Part shown: positions 14,861 to 28,170 of the stretch, piece by piece
Position numbering within the stretch: the stretch's first letter is position 1
Layout of the letters: every line of letters begins with the position of its first letter
NCBI GenBank assembly: GCA_951406725.2
Contig: OX597819.1
Location: 98,146,001-98,210,000 of the forward strand
Direction of reading: 5' to 3'
DNA from: Octopus vulgaris
Lineage: Eukaryota
Length of the DNA: 64,000 nt
Made by a program: the position numbers and the translations under genes
Notes under the pieces: generated by a model
Database searches by the model: none
Seen by the model: the letters and a program-made list of their open reading frames with translations, nothing else
What the model was told of the DNA's origin: nothing

Positions 14861-14988
14861 CAACTCGCAGGTGTTGTTACAGTCGTTGATCCTGCTGAGA
14901 TCTTCCGTGCTGTAACGGAAGATCTCCTCAACAGAGATTCAACACACGAGTTCACATCAAGAATCTTGCAAAACGAATATATAAACGT

Positions 14989-15031
<43 letters not shown>

Positions 15032-15168
15032 CACATACATACAGTAAGTTTATCTTGATGTGTTCCTTCTTCCCTTCTTTCCTGAGCGTCCAATAATACT
15101 TTATTTGTTCCACGTCTTCGCGTTGTTGTGTTTTTTTGGTTTTTTTGTGTGTTTTCTTGTTTGGATTA

Positions 15169-15230
<62 letters not shown>

Positions 15231-15297
15231 AATTTTTTGCGTAGTAAGATTAAAAAACCCAAGGCTGCGTAGATATTAGAGCATTTATAGATAGAAG

Positions 15298-15349
15298 GTC
15301 TTACAGCTGTTTCTAGGATATTTATTAATCATATCCCTTCATCGGAGAC
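15298..15349 (-). ncRNA. Type I hammerhead ribozyme motif (Penelope-associated)
   Basis: Minus strand reads gtct-CCGATGA-agggatat..atatccta-GAAAC-agct-GTA-agac. Stems I, II and a palindromic stem III are all present. Confidence 0.75.
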
Positions 15350-15698
15350 GGTGTGAGAGGATAGTTAAGTCATAGCTAGTTTAGATGTGATATAAAATGG
15401 ACAGTGAAGTGGAGGAAAGAAAATAGATGTAAGATATGTATGGGTATTGCAATATTCCAATATCCATTTTTTAGGCATAATGGTATATATGCAATATTCC
15501 AATATCATTTTAAACTCTGTTGGACTTTTGGACCTTACTCATAGGATTTTGGAATATTGCATATATACCATTATGCCTAAAAAATGGATTTACGACTTCA
15601 ATACCCATACACATCTTGCATCTATTTTCTTTCCTCCACCTCACTCTCTATTTTGTATCACATCTAAACTAACTATGACTTAACTATCCTTTCATACT

Positions 15699-15750
15699 GT
15701 CTCCGATGAAGGGATATAATTAATAAATATTCTGGAAACAGTTGTAAGAC
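15699..15750 (+). ncRNA. Type I hammerhead ribozyme motif, inverted partner copy
   Basis: Reads gtct-CCGATGA-agggatat..atattctg-GAAAC-agtt-GTA-agac. Confidence 0.7.
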
Positions 15751-15986
15751 CTTCTATCTATAAATGCTCTAATATCTACAGAGCCATGGTTTTTTTTTAT
15801 CTTATTACGCAAATAATTCTTATATACACACGCTGACATAGAACCAACGTTGAACCCTTTATTCACAATATTGCCGAATCTGGAACTTAACTATGGTCTG
15901 TCTATAGCACTTATTCAGCATTACCTGACACCTTTGGGTCTCAATGACACCATTATCTCTTATATATATATATACATTTATACATA

Positions 15987-17200
15987 CAGTAGAACCCTCG
16001 CGGTACGAGTAATTTTTGTCATGAAGTACGTGTGGAAATCGGCAGTACAAGTTTCATACAAGCGACCGCAAGTTGGCGCTGAGCTCGCACACGCGCTCCC
16101 AACATGCGCAGCCTTTGCTTGCTCAGTTCACGTGTTTATCTCGTTGTCGCAGCATCCCTGTTGTGTTGTTTCCAGTATTTTTTGTTTGTTTGTTTTTTTA
16201 GTTTTGTGCACGTTTGCGTTTAGTTTATAATAATTAGTTGTGTTAGCCATGGGTTTTAAGAAGGTTAGTGCAAAGGACAGTGCTGAGAAGGAGAAAAAGC
16301 TGACTACGATAGTATTGAAGAAGGAAATCATTGATAGACATGAGAGAGGAGTACGTGTAGTGGACATAACACGTCAATACGACCGAAGCACATGGACGAC
16401 CTGCACCATCTTGAAAAAAAAATAAAAGACGAGACCAAGGCCGTTACAACAGCAAAGGGTATCTCCAAGCTTTTCTACGCAAACGTACATCTGTCCACGA
16501 AGAAATTGAAAACGTGCTTCTCCTGTGGATCGACGAGAAGCAACTCGCAGGGGATACGATAACGGTGACCATAATCTCCGATCTAGCACAAGCGTTGTAT
16601 GGGGATATCCTGAAGCAGAACCCTGGAACATCGACGTAGAAGACACCAGAAGAGTTGCAGCTGGTTCGATAATTTCGAGAAGAAAACTGGTATTCATAGC
16701 GTCGTCAGGTATGGAGAAGCAGCGAGTTCTAATAAGAAGGCAGCTGAGGATTTCGTGTGTGAATTCCGTCAGCTCATCGCAGCCGAGGGGTACATTGCAC
16801 AACAGATATTCAACTGTGATGAAACTGACCATTTTGGGGAAAAAAAAACAAAACATATAGCCCAGAAGAACCTACATAACTGGAGAGGAGAAGAAAACGC
16901 CAAGCCACAAGCATATGAAAGATAGGCTAACTGTCGCCCTTTGTACCAATGCGTATGGAGACTTGAAGATTAAGCCACTCCTCGTGTACCATTTCGAGCG
17001 TTCAAGTTGCACAAAATCTTGAAGGAGAAACTGCAGATGATGTGGAAGGCAAACATTAAAGCCTGGATCACCAGGCAATTCTTCACCGTGCGGGCCAAAC
17101 TTATCTTTGGACCGGCAGTAAAAAAAGTGCGATCTGGAGAACGATCTTCCACTGAAGGCCCTCATCATCCTGGATAATGCTCCTGTTCACCTTCCTAAAT
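15987..17200 (+). mobile_element. Tigger/pogo-type DNA transposon, decayed and 3'-truncated
   Basis: Starts TA|CAGTAGAACCCTCG. Encodes a CENP-B-like HTH (KKEIIDRHERGVRVVDI), QQIFNCDET, KDRLTVALCTNAYGDLKIKPLLVYH and LIILDNAP, broken by frameshifts. Confidence 0.9.
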
Positions 17201-17850
17201 TCGAAGAAGTCTGCATCGGTTGTCACATTTATAGGGCGGCGAGCTGGCAGAAACGTTAGCACGCCGGACGAAATGCTTTGCGGTATTTCGTCTGCCGTTA
17301 CGTTGTGAGTTCAAATTCCGCCGAGGTCGACTTTGCCTTTCATCCTTTCGGGGTCGATAAATTAAGTACCAGTTACGCACTGGGGTCGATGTAATCGACT
17401 TAATACCTATGTCTATCCTTGTTTGTCCCCTCTATGTTTAGCCCCTTGTGGGTAATAAAGAAATAGGTTGTCACATTTTACTGCATTTCCTACAGCTCTG
17501 TCCCTTCTGTGCATCAGGTACTTGGTTGATATTTCCTGTTCCTGGATTGCAAACGCATACCCTTCAAAGTGGGAGGAAGTAATCTGGCTATTGGTCCTTG
17601 ATAAACTGTTTTGATGATCGATGTTACTATCTTCTCGGAGCTTTCTACTAACATATCCATGCATAGTCTTCTGCTCATATAGGCACATCCTTTCATCTGA
17701 TGATACTTTGCAGTTGAGTCGTGCTACATCTTTGGGCAATGTATTCTAGGTTATCAGACAAAGAGTGTTGCTCAAGGAGCTGCCTTCCAAGTCTCAGGGT
17801 GTTATCAGCCTCATGTATGCAAACTTGGTCAAGGGATGCACTTCGATTCT
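17201..17850 (-). mobile_element. Non-LTR retrotransposon fragment (R4/Dong-like C-terminal region), interrupted by a SINE
   Basis: Reads KTMHG...EGYAFAIQEQEISTKY...KCDNRCRL once the SINE at 17231-17465 is removed. Confidence 0.7.
17231..17465 (+). mobile_element. tRNA-derived SINE family A (Nin/Deu-like core), intact copy
   Basis: A-box and B-box head (gagctggcagaaacgttagc..gagttcaaattcc), core gtcgactttgcctttcatcctttcggggtcgataaa, and a 13-bp TSD ggttgtcacattt. Other copies lie near 9.7, 10.3-10.8, 11.2-11.6, 18.7, 27.6, 36.3, 44.5, 45.7, 50.4, 59.4-60.0 and 61.5 kb. Confidence 0.9.
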
Positions 17851-17903
17851 TGGTAGTTAAAAGATGTTATGTATGTATGTATGCATGTGTGCGTGCGTGC
17901 ATT

Positions 17904-17960
<57 letters not shown>

Positions 17961-18125
17961 CTCTGAAAGATTTATTTCTAGAAATAACGTAATTTCTATA
18001 CTTAATCTAGTACTTAGTAGTCATGTCATGTGCATAATACATTAACAAGTTTGAAGCATCGAATAGTGTTTGCCCAGATAAAACAATATAATATGGAATA
18101 TTTATTTACTTTTAAGATATTTGTC

Positions 18126-19570
18126 CAGGGTTGCCAATGTAGCATGTTTATGCTAGATCTAGCATTTTTTTTCAGCTTTTAGCAGAAAATTTTTGAATCT
18201 AGCATTTAGCAGGGAAAATAGCAGATTCAAAATTTTATTTAACATTTTTTTAGCATTTTTCTCTCCCCCTTTTCTACTTTCGTTAAAGTATCTTATAGCC
18301 AAATTTTAGTACTATCGGCTATTGTTGAATTTTTCTTTCACTTTCTTGAAACTTCAAATGAAAGTTTATCAAAAGTAAGTATATCAAGTCATGAACTTTT
18401 CCAGCCCCCAGCCCCACCGACTTGGCTACAGAGTAGTGCTGGTGGGGGAAAGGGAGAAGATAACTCATGTCAGCTCCTGAGCTCACTACACAATAATGTA
18501 AATATGTTGCAAAGAATGAAAGCATGGAAATTCATCTTAACAATGCTTTATTCTGTAGTGATGAGTTTTTATCATGACAGGTTGACTGATTTACTTTCAG
18601 TTTGACTGTTTTAAAATAGGCCTGTGTTTTTTCATGCTTGTTTTGGATTATATATCTTGCATAGAAGTACAGGGGTGGCAGGGTCTCCCCCTTTATATTT
18701 CTACTTACTGGCAGAATCGTTAGCACGCCAGGCGAAATGCGTATCCGTATTTCGCCTGCCGTTACGTTCTGAGTTCAAATTCCGCCGAGGTCGACTTTGC
18801 CTTTCATCCTTTCGGGGTCGATAAATTAAGTACCAGTTACGCACTGGGGGTCGACGTAATCGACTTAATCCGTTTGTTTGTCCCCTCTGTGTTTAGCCCC
18901 TTGTGGGTAGTAAAGAAATATATATTTCTACTTACTTTTTTTTTCAAGTATTGCAGTTATATTTGTGGTTTTACCAGTATTAGATATTAAATGTAAGATT
19001 GGAAGCAAAATATGATATTCCCAGGTTTATATCAGTTTTAAGATTTCTGCAGATTTTACTTTTCCATTTATAAGTTGGCCACCCTGCATCCTGAATCAGT
19101 ATTCTTCACCTCAAGAATTTGTAAGCAGCAAACATAAGAATTGTTAATGACGAATGAAAGAATTGTTAGCGACAAACTGATAAGTTGTGTTTTCAATTTT
19201 ATATTTTTATTAAACATTCAGTTTATTAACTTGCTTCCCATTACATTATAATGAGTAAAAACAAAATTGTACCAGAAAAAATTCCGAAAGGAATGGCTTA
19301 AGATACCAGTGTTTACTAAGTGGTTGTGTGAAGTACCTAGTGACCAATCTAAAGCACATTGTAGATATTGTAGATGTAATATGTTGGCAAAATATTCTCT
19401 TTTAGTAAGCCACTGTGAAGCAAAGAAACATAAGGCATCAACTCCACAACAAATAATTCCTCTTACCAATTTTATTAGAACCAAAAATGATAAGACATCT
19501 ATGCTTGAAATAACAGCATGGAGATATTGGGTTAAGAAAACGATTGCTTTTGTACAATGGTAGGACATCT
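18126..19570 (+). mobile_element. Decayed hAT-like transposon 5' part with an N-terminal zinc-finger remnant
   Basis: TIR-like cagggttgcca at about 18126. The ORF YQKKFRKEWL..F.KWL..AHCRYC...L..HCEAKKH (19267-19563) is out of frame with the ATG at 19251. Confidence 0.6.
18708..18918 (+). mobile_element. SINE family A copy with TSD tatatttctacttact
   Basis: Matches 17231-17465 and is flanked by a direct repeat. Confidence 0.88.
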
Positions 19571-22447
19571 GTTATGTTTACTGATATAGCTTCAAATTTC
19601 ATGGGCAGTTCTCGATTTTTCCCATCGAAGGGTCTTTTAACCCAATATTTTATTTATGTGTTATTATTTGTAACTTTGCCTACTTCGAGTCTCCTTGTTA
19701 AAAACGATATATAAGTAGATATTTAAGTGTTGGGTATGTTCCTAGTAGTCAGCCAATGAAGCACGTTCACTGACATAATTCACGGTATTATTACAATTAT
19801 CGCTAGATCTCCATCGGAAATTCCTCAGTGTGCATTGAGTATATAATGATAGAGACATAAAATGGAATACAAGAGGAACTTGTGTGTGTTTATTGAGCGA
19901 AAACACCTAAAAGCACCACGACGCTCCGGCAGGGGGTGGTGATCCCTGCTGTACTCTTTCACCACTCTTTCGTCTGTTGGCCTGCTCGCTTAGCTAGCGG
20001 GTGGCGTCATTCAAAGGCTAAAACAATGCGAACGCATTGTGACCAGCGATGTGTAACAACATCTGATGGTCTGGTCGGTCACGTGATCACGTGATATATA
20101 TATATGCCAAGGGTTTAAGGGATATTTGCATCCTAGTTCTCCAGTTTATACCAGTATTCAGTGAAAACTATATACTTTAGTTTAGCATTGATGTGTATTG
20201 GTATTTAAATATTTATGAATGAGAAAAGAATCTTTGAATAAACTGATCTCTATAGGTTAATTTCCCCATTTTCTTCTATTTTCTCATTTATCTATCTATC
20301 TATCTATCTATATATATATATATATACATATACATATACATACATACATATGATACATTTATGCTATAAGTATTTGTACATGTACTTATTCCACAATTAA
20401 TTATTCTACTTAATATATTCCACTACATTCTGTTATTATCTTTTATATTCAACTTATTTAGAGGTATGATGCATTCGGTTTTAGTCTGTCTACTTACTAC
20501 TGCATGCTAGATTCGTAGCTATACTCATTGCCAACTTTCACCTTAATGACAGTATCCCTTTACATTGCTTATACGGCTCTCATGAGCCACTCATCTATCC
20601 TTAGCTTCCGCTTTGACCACCAGATATGTTGAGCGAGGTACCTTGTCAAAGGCTTTCTCCTTGTAAACAAAAGCCAAGTACAGAGGTTTTTCTTTTGGCT
20701 AAGTACTAAATTTAATTGACTTGAAAAAGAACATCAAACATAAATGTTTGAAAAGGCCTTTGAGCAATGTATGTGAGAAGTTAGAAAAAATATGTAAGGT
20801 GATGTTAAATGAAAACAAAGACAAAGACATTACCTTAATAAGATGTTTAAAAATTCTATATTATATTGTGAAAGAGCTCACAACACATTAGAACAGACTA
20901 TTGGTAACACATTATTCCATACTCTCTGATTATTTCCTTTCTTATATTTGAACAAAGGAATGTTTCCCTACATATTATAGGATCATTAAAAAGAACCTAT
21001 GTAAGTTTATACAATATCTTTTCTCTGTTTTCATTCATTGACATCACTTAACATATTTTGCATAACTTATAATCTGCATTGTTCAAAAGATTTTTTACAG
21101 ACATTTATTTCATTTACAGACATTGCAGTGTTTCAATCAAATTACAATACTCATGTATCTTATGTCATTTTTTTCCTTGCTATATTTTATGATATCTTTT
21201 AATCATTTCATAGTTTTTGATCCTAGCTACAGCCATATTCTTAGCCCTTGAGTTCTTTTACTCCCAGCTGAAATTAAAATTGCTACTCATTGTGTTGCTT
21301 TTAATCTCACCTGCAACTACACTTCTATCCATTCTACTACTCTAATGGAAGAGACAGTTTGTTGTTGTATAGTCCCAGACTGTGAGAGAAACAGATAGAG
21401 ATTTTATGTAATAAAAGTGCTTGGCTTTAAACAAGAAATAAAACAACTGAAATGAGAGCAAAAATATTTGCAGATAAATACATTTATTTCTTCAATTTTA
21501 TAATGCATATGTCATTATCACAAGGAATATATTGAGGATATACTGGGATTATATCAACTGAGGAATATTTGCTGATTTCTTCAGCTCTGGAACCTTATTT
21601 CAAGATATGGAATGGAAACTCATCAAGTTAAAATCAGAAAATCAGCATTAGAGTTCCAGAACTTAGAACATTTATTGGAATTTTAAGGCAGTTTCTATTT
21701 TGTTTCAAAATTTGTTGAAACTCTAATCGAAGAGTGGTTTGGTCAGTCTTAACATGATTATCAAGTGTCTCAATTTTAAACAAGAAAATATTTTCAATGG
21801 AAACGAATTTGAAAAAAAAATAGTTCAATTTCAGTCAGAGTGGGGTTTTGTATAGAAATATATAAACACCTGACAGTTGAATAGATTGACTCAAATTTGA
21901 TTATACTGTGATGTGGAAGAATTATCATGGGATTATAATCTATGCATAAGATTATTGATTTTATATACTGATCTTAAATATTAATCTAATGACATATTTT
22001 GTGGGCATGAGAAATGTGAGTTCTAATATTTATACCTTTTGCAAAAGCTTAATTAGTGTAAATGAAACTATTACATTTTCTAGGCTTGTGGCATACTCAG
22101 CTTTTCAGTCTTCAGTATCAGCAAAGTCATCTAAATTCTTACAGTGTCAATCAAACAATAAGTTTGGAATGTTAGTGTAGTGACTGATCATAACAGTGCA
22201 TTTCAATTACAAGTCATAAATAGTAGTATTATACTTACATGTCTTAAGTATTAGTCATAGCCATCAGTTTTAATTGTGAAATTCTAATCTACTATCAACA
22301 ACTTGAAATTCATAACTTATAGTTTTAATGCAACAGATTCATGAGGTTTCATATTAGACATATCCTTGTAACATTGTTCTGATATGTAATAAATTTAAAC
22401 TGGTTACACATACAATCATCTTCAGGCATTTCATTATTATTGCTTAA

Positions 22448-22670
22448 CCCTTTAACATTTAAACCAGCCATTACCGGCCCAGATATTCTACCTGCTTTAT
22501 GTTGAAACTGGTTGGATTCAGCCTCACACACCTACCCTACAATGTCATTCTAAACTTAAACGATCACATCTTCAAAATCTTGAAGTAACAAGATACAGCA
22601 TGATTAATTTTTTTAAAATGTTAATAAATAAGCATTACATTTGATAAATTAATCTGAATAATTTACAGGG
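22448..22670. mobile_element. piggyBac-like MITE (TTAA target, CCCTTTA..AGGG ends)
   Basis: Reads ttaa|ccctttaacatttaaaccagcc ... acaggg|ttaa. The same family occurs at 8509-8759, 28759-29287 (SINE inserted), 43488-44214 and about 57940-58144. Confidence 0.8.
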
Positions 22671-23628
22671 TTAATTTGTACACTATGTGTAACGAGTGTT
22701 GTTGTTAAACTATAGGTATCCAATTAACGACTTGATTTCATTTGCCCACTTTATTCTCATAGTTTTAACAGACATACATTTCATATGTCTGCCATATCAT
22801 TTTTTTTACAAACTTGCAATTACTTTGTCATTAGTTTGTTTCTTTAATGGTTTGTGCAGAGAGGAAATCATGACTCTTTTGGGTGGTCACTGAGACAGAT
22901 GGCAGGAAGGAGTGAATTATCTTTAAACCATTGACTTGGGTTGATGGTTTGATGCTGGTGTCAAACAATGAATTGAGTCTATCACCCAACAACATGAACA
23001 CTCCCTTAAAGAGGTTCCAGATACCTTTCCTCCACCAAAATTCACCCACTAAAGCTCTAAAGAGAGGTATGAAGTCCATACATAATTATCTCCCAACCCC
23101 ACTACCATCACACACATATATAGTAAAACCTGTATCTATGTGTGTATAAGAAATTAATATATAGACATATTTGGCTAAAGACTGAACCTTCATATGAAGT
23201 TTAAATACTTATTCCACAGATGATTAAATTTTAGCCTATGTGAACTAAAAGTTTGTGAGTTCAAGCTGCACAAAGTCTATTTTCTGATTGTTAATCATTT
23301 TTGTTCATATATGTATATAGGAAGCCTATATTTTAAAATGGTGTGTAAAATAGTAGTGGTGAGGTTTATGAATTTTTTACTCTATAAATGAAATGATGTG
23401 GTTCTAAGTAGGAACTGACACTGTGCCAGAGACAAGGCTTAGAGAGAACACACCACTGTACCATGGTATGTCACTTGAACATGGTCAATGGATGTAATGT
23501 AAATATATCGTATATCACAGAGGTTTCAGGTATAGAGAGAGGCTTTTTTGTTGTTGAAGTTCACATAGAAATCCCACGTAACTGGTATATGATTGGTCCT
23601 ATTCCAAGCAGATCAGCCAAGTGATCAA

Positions 23629-23770
23629 TCAAGATTGAAACATTCCTTTGCAGTGCCCTAAGATCTGGTGCCAGTTGCCAACATAGCAGAGTGCCCAGGA
23701 AAACAGGGGTACCAAGGATACACCAACAGATAAAAGAAACAACACCTTTATGGTTCTCTGTCCACTGAGG
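23629..23770 (-). CDS. TMEM220: TMEM220 last coding exon (SLSGQRTIKVLFLLSVGVSLVPLFSWALCYVGNWHQILGHCKGMFQS*)
   Basis: Reads ttgtctttttttcag|C CTC AGT...CAA TCT TGA, and the phase fits exon 5. P-x-x-SW and the terminal HCK match the TMEM220 C-terminus. Confidence 0.9.
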
Positions 23771-24409
23771 CTGAAAAAAAGACAATAAAAATATCATATC
23801 AATGATTGGATAGAAAAACAGATTTTCTTTCATAACTACATGATGATGAATAAAAAACAGTGTATCTGAATAGACAGACATGGTATGTAGATATTGAATG
23901 ATCTATTCAATATCTACACATTGTGTAGACATCAACTGAACAAACAGACAGGGATACATCATCAACTGAACAAAAAGGCAGATAGACACAGTGTGTAAAT
24001 ACTATTTTGATTGACATTGTATGTAGATATTGACCGAACAGATAGACACAGCGTATGTACTATCATCAACATCATCAACATCATTTAACATCTGCTTTCC
24101 ATGCTGACATGGGTTGGATGGCTTGACAGGAGCTGGCAAGCCAGAGGTCTACACCAAGTTCCACTGTCTGTTTTGGCATAGTATTCACGACTGGATGCCC
24201 TTCCTAATGCCAACTACTTTACAGAGTGGACTGGGTGCACTAACTACATTTCAAGGCCATACCAGCACAGTCTTCTCTCTTGCACATTACATCTAATGAT
24301 ATGTATACCTAGTTTTGCTCTCAGATCATTTACACTCTGTCGTATGTGCACACTGACATTAACTATCCAGTGAAGCATGCTGGCTTCATTTCCTTCAAGT
24401 CTTTGCATG

Positions 24410-24450
<41 letters not shown>

Positions 24451-25716
24451 GAAGCAATTCAATAATGATATACTTAAATCATACCATATAGAAAAAAAAT
24501 TAAAGATACGATAAAACATTTACTTAAAACTAAATAAAGTACTAAATAATAAATAAATAGTATATGATTATTCAGATTAATTTATCAAGTGTAATGCTTA
24601 TTTATTAACATTTTTAAAAATTAATCATGCTGTATCTTGTAACTTCAAGATTTTGACGATGTGATCATTTAGACTACATGTGTTTCGTGGCTATAATTTC
24701 AAATTGATAACAATAAAATCAATTCAATTCAAATATAGTCACTCATTATGTCTAAGATAAAAACAATAACACTGTGTACATGTTGACAGCATTTACTGGA
24801 TAGGAAGATAGATATGATGTGTAGATACTAAATGGATAAATACAAGTGCAGATGCTTGACTAGATATATAGACAATATTTACATACCCAATAAACATATT
24901 AGTTCGATAGATAGACAGACAGAATGTAGATGCTGACTGTCTGTATATTTTATTCTATGAAACCATTAATACCATTTTTCTATAGAATTCAGTTTATGAT
25001 ATATTTGTGTAGAGTAAATAAATAATCCATGAAAATCTATTTTTCAACACTTACATGCAAGTCTTCAGTATAGTGAAGCACATTATTTAAATGTCAGAAC
25101 TGATTACCAAAACATACAGCCAGCCACAGTTAAAACATGCAGATATCATAGCTAATAACTTGCAGATATTATAGCTAATAACTTAATTGACACAATCAAA
25201 ACACAGATGTCAAATCTGATACAGTCAAAATACACAGATGTCATAACTAACAATCAAAACATACAAATGTCAGCTGATGTACTCAAAACCTAGGAAAGTC
25301 ATAGCTGATGCAGTCAAAATACCTCAGATTTCATAACGGTACAGACCCCCTTTGGTCATGAATGACCACGGGATTGCAGCTAGAAAGTTTCCCTTTGAGA
25401 CACAAATCCAGGCAAGGTTGTTTGTGGAAGGCCAGCATTCAACCATGCATACAAACCTCCTCTCTCCATACCACCAATGTTAACAGAGGGAAAGGTAAAG
25501 GCCAAAACAGTTTGGCACCAGTGATGTCACAACTCATTTCTACAGCTGAGTGAACTGGAGCAATGTGAAATAAAGTGTCTTGCTTATGAATACAACACAG
25601 AGCCCAGTCCAGGAATCAGACTACCGCATACTTGTGAGCCTGATGCTCTAACCACTGAGCCATGTGCCTTCGTGTCAGATATCGTACTGATTGTTAAAAT
25701 CCAAAATCAATGTTAT

Positions 25717-26182
25717 TCTATATATCTATAAAACAGTCCTTGGATGAAAATTGTATGCACATTTTGCTTTGACGGTTAATGGCAGCAAAACCAAGGCTAG
25801 GATCAAGCTGAAAATTGGCAAAGATACTAAATGCATGGTGAGGATGAGACCCGCGATGGTTAAAATTTGCAAGCTATAAAGATGTGGTTGCTATGGCAAA
25901 AAGAGTGATTTTTTTATCGATTCAAGGGTGCCCAGAGCCCCTCTAGGTTTGTGCGATTGGCTTTTAATGCCCAGCGGCATTCACTGCAGGCTGTTGTGCT
26001 TAATAAACATACATTTTGTCACAAAATTCTGGCTACTAGGAAACGATCTTTATTGTAAAAAAAAAGAGTGCTTTTTGCCCTCATTTTCTTTTTAATTTTT
26101 AATAAAAATTTTTTTTTTTTTAAATTCCTCATCTTTAAAATGTGGCTGAGTAGACCCAAATGAAATCGAGTTATAATACTAG
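25717..26182 (+). mobile_element. Decayed non-autonomous Helitron
   Basis: Starts tctatatatctataaaa, has a degenerate subterminal hairpin (acccaaatgaaatcgagt) and ends CTAG|T. Confidence 0.6.
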
Positions 26183-27596
26183 TTCTATACTAAGAGAGCT
26201 TTCACAACTTTCACCTAAAATGTACAACTGCAAACACCATTGAGATCAACAAAGATTTCTAATTGCTTTCATGCTAGTCATAAAAACATAATACAAATCA
26301 CTTCCTTAATTTTTGTCATGCCATCTATCTTACATAGCATATTCAATAAAAGCAGATGGAAGAATCAGTAATATTCTGAATAAGTTGTTCCCTTCCCCAA
26401 TGCTTTTAAAATTATAATTGCATGAGCTTCAAACAGCCTGCAAGTCACATGCATATCCTCATATGTGGCATCCCCATGACTTCTATCCATCATTACCCTG
26501 ACGTGAGTTGCTATATATCTCCTTGAAGTCTATTTCAGTTAATGAGAAAGTAACCATAACTGATGGTGTAAATGACATACATGCAGATTAGATGCACCCC
26601 AAATTTAGCAGCACATTTTCAGGAAAAAAGTTTTTGATGCAATAAAGCAGCATAAGCCCAACTTCACACATAGTACCCAGGGTGACTTTTGAGATATTTT
26701 TTGGAAAAAAGTACATCTTATAAGTTATCAAACAACTGATGATGACATCTACTTCCTTAATGCTGAGATCTTTGATGGCTGAAACAGTCCTACTTGACCC
26801 ACAAGTTCTGTAGCCTGTAAAGTACATAAGTTTAATGATAGTGGTGATAGTAATAGTAGAAAATATGGTTGCATCTCACCTGGCTCTCTTCAGTTGTTCT
26901 TTCCATGAACATCCCATCTTTAGGCAGCTTCCCCCAAGTAATACAGTCAACAGTAACATCTGACAAGTAGTTGGGACTGACTTTGCACTTCCTTAGACTC
27001 CTTCTGAAGAAGTTTCTGTATCAAGTCATGCCGACTCATAAGGGCCAGGTTCCCGATTTCCATGGCATATATATTCCCCACCTGGACAGTGTGCTGGTCG
27101 GTCACAGGATTACTCATTTTTGCCCACTTAGTGGACTGGAGCAACATGAAATGTTTTGTTCAAGAATATGTGCCACACAGTCCAGAAATCGAAACCACAA
27201 TCTTACAATCAGGAGTTCAACACCCTAACCACTAAGCCACACACCTCCACTTCCTTTGACTGCTCTTCATCTGATCTTCAGCTCTCCATTGATTATTGAC
27301 TATGGTGCAGCTTAACAAATGCATACCACTCAACAACATTAACATGCATTGAAGACAAAAATACTTGAAGTTACATACTGCACAACCAAACATTCACACC
27401 ACATAAAACATACTAAAGAAAGCAAAACAAAACACAAACATATCCAGAGCAATCCCAGGTACTACATTTGAGTAACAAAAAGACACAACAACAATGATAC
27501 ACAGACAATAGCACAACAACAATGATACACAGACAATAACATAAATCCATAAATCCATCATGGAATATGCCTAGACCCAGCCATGGGCTCTAATAC

Positions 27597-27831
27597 CTAT
27601 TTCTTTACTACCCACAAGGGGCTAAACACAGAGAGGATAAACAAGGACAGACAAACAGATTAAGTCAATTATATCTACCCCAGTGCGTAACTGGTACTTA
27701 TTTAATCGACCTCGAAAGGATGAAAGGCAAAGTCGACCTTGGCGAAATTTGAACCCAGAACGTAACGGCAGACGAAATACCACTAAGCATTTCACCTGGT
27801 GTGCTAACAATTCTGCCAGCTCACTGCCTTA
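27597..27831 (-). mobile_element. SINE family A copy with TSD gggctctaatacct
   Basis: Reverse complement of the family A consensus, flanked by a direct repeat. Confidence 0.88.
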
Positions 27832-28104
27832 GGGCTCTAATACCTCTATCACAGACTATGAAGAACACAAAACTGTCCACTTCACATCATCACAAGTTGT
27901 ACAAAGACCGCCTACAAAACAAACATACTTGAAAAGTAAGATGAAAAAAACACACAAGTGGCACATTTTGTTGCTGTCGTTACCTGTACAACTATGTCCC
28001 GCTGCTATAACCACATGTAGGATAGTTACCCCATCAACATGTAGCTATGGGCAAGTGAAACATGATCAATGATAAAAAAAAGTACGTACTGTATAGTATA
28101 TTAC

Positions 28105-28170
28105 CTGGGCAGGGACATGAAACGACACACAGACAACCAGAAAACTATTATGGCAAGACCAACAAATTCT
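28105..28170 (-). CDS. TMEM220: TMEM220 coding exon 5, 66 nt (EFVGLAIIVFWLSVCRFMSLP)
   Basis: Reads ttgttatatttacag|A GAA TTT GTT GGT CTT...CCC AG|gtaata, phase 2/2. Completes EEGRE-x-x-GL-x-I-x-x-x-W. Confidence 0.92.

Larger units (their letters stand above)
15228..15821. repeat. Fold-back palindrome of about 590 bp made of Penelope-type termini
   Basis: 15228-15445 is inverted at about 15602-15821, and an inner pair 15461-15501 / 15549-15590 is also inverted. Confidence 0.9.

Noticed and set aside
16525-16860. 111-aa and 160-aa ORFs at 16.4-16.9 kb as host genes
   Set aside because: They are alternative frames of the frameshifted Tigger transposase.
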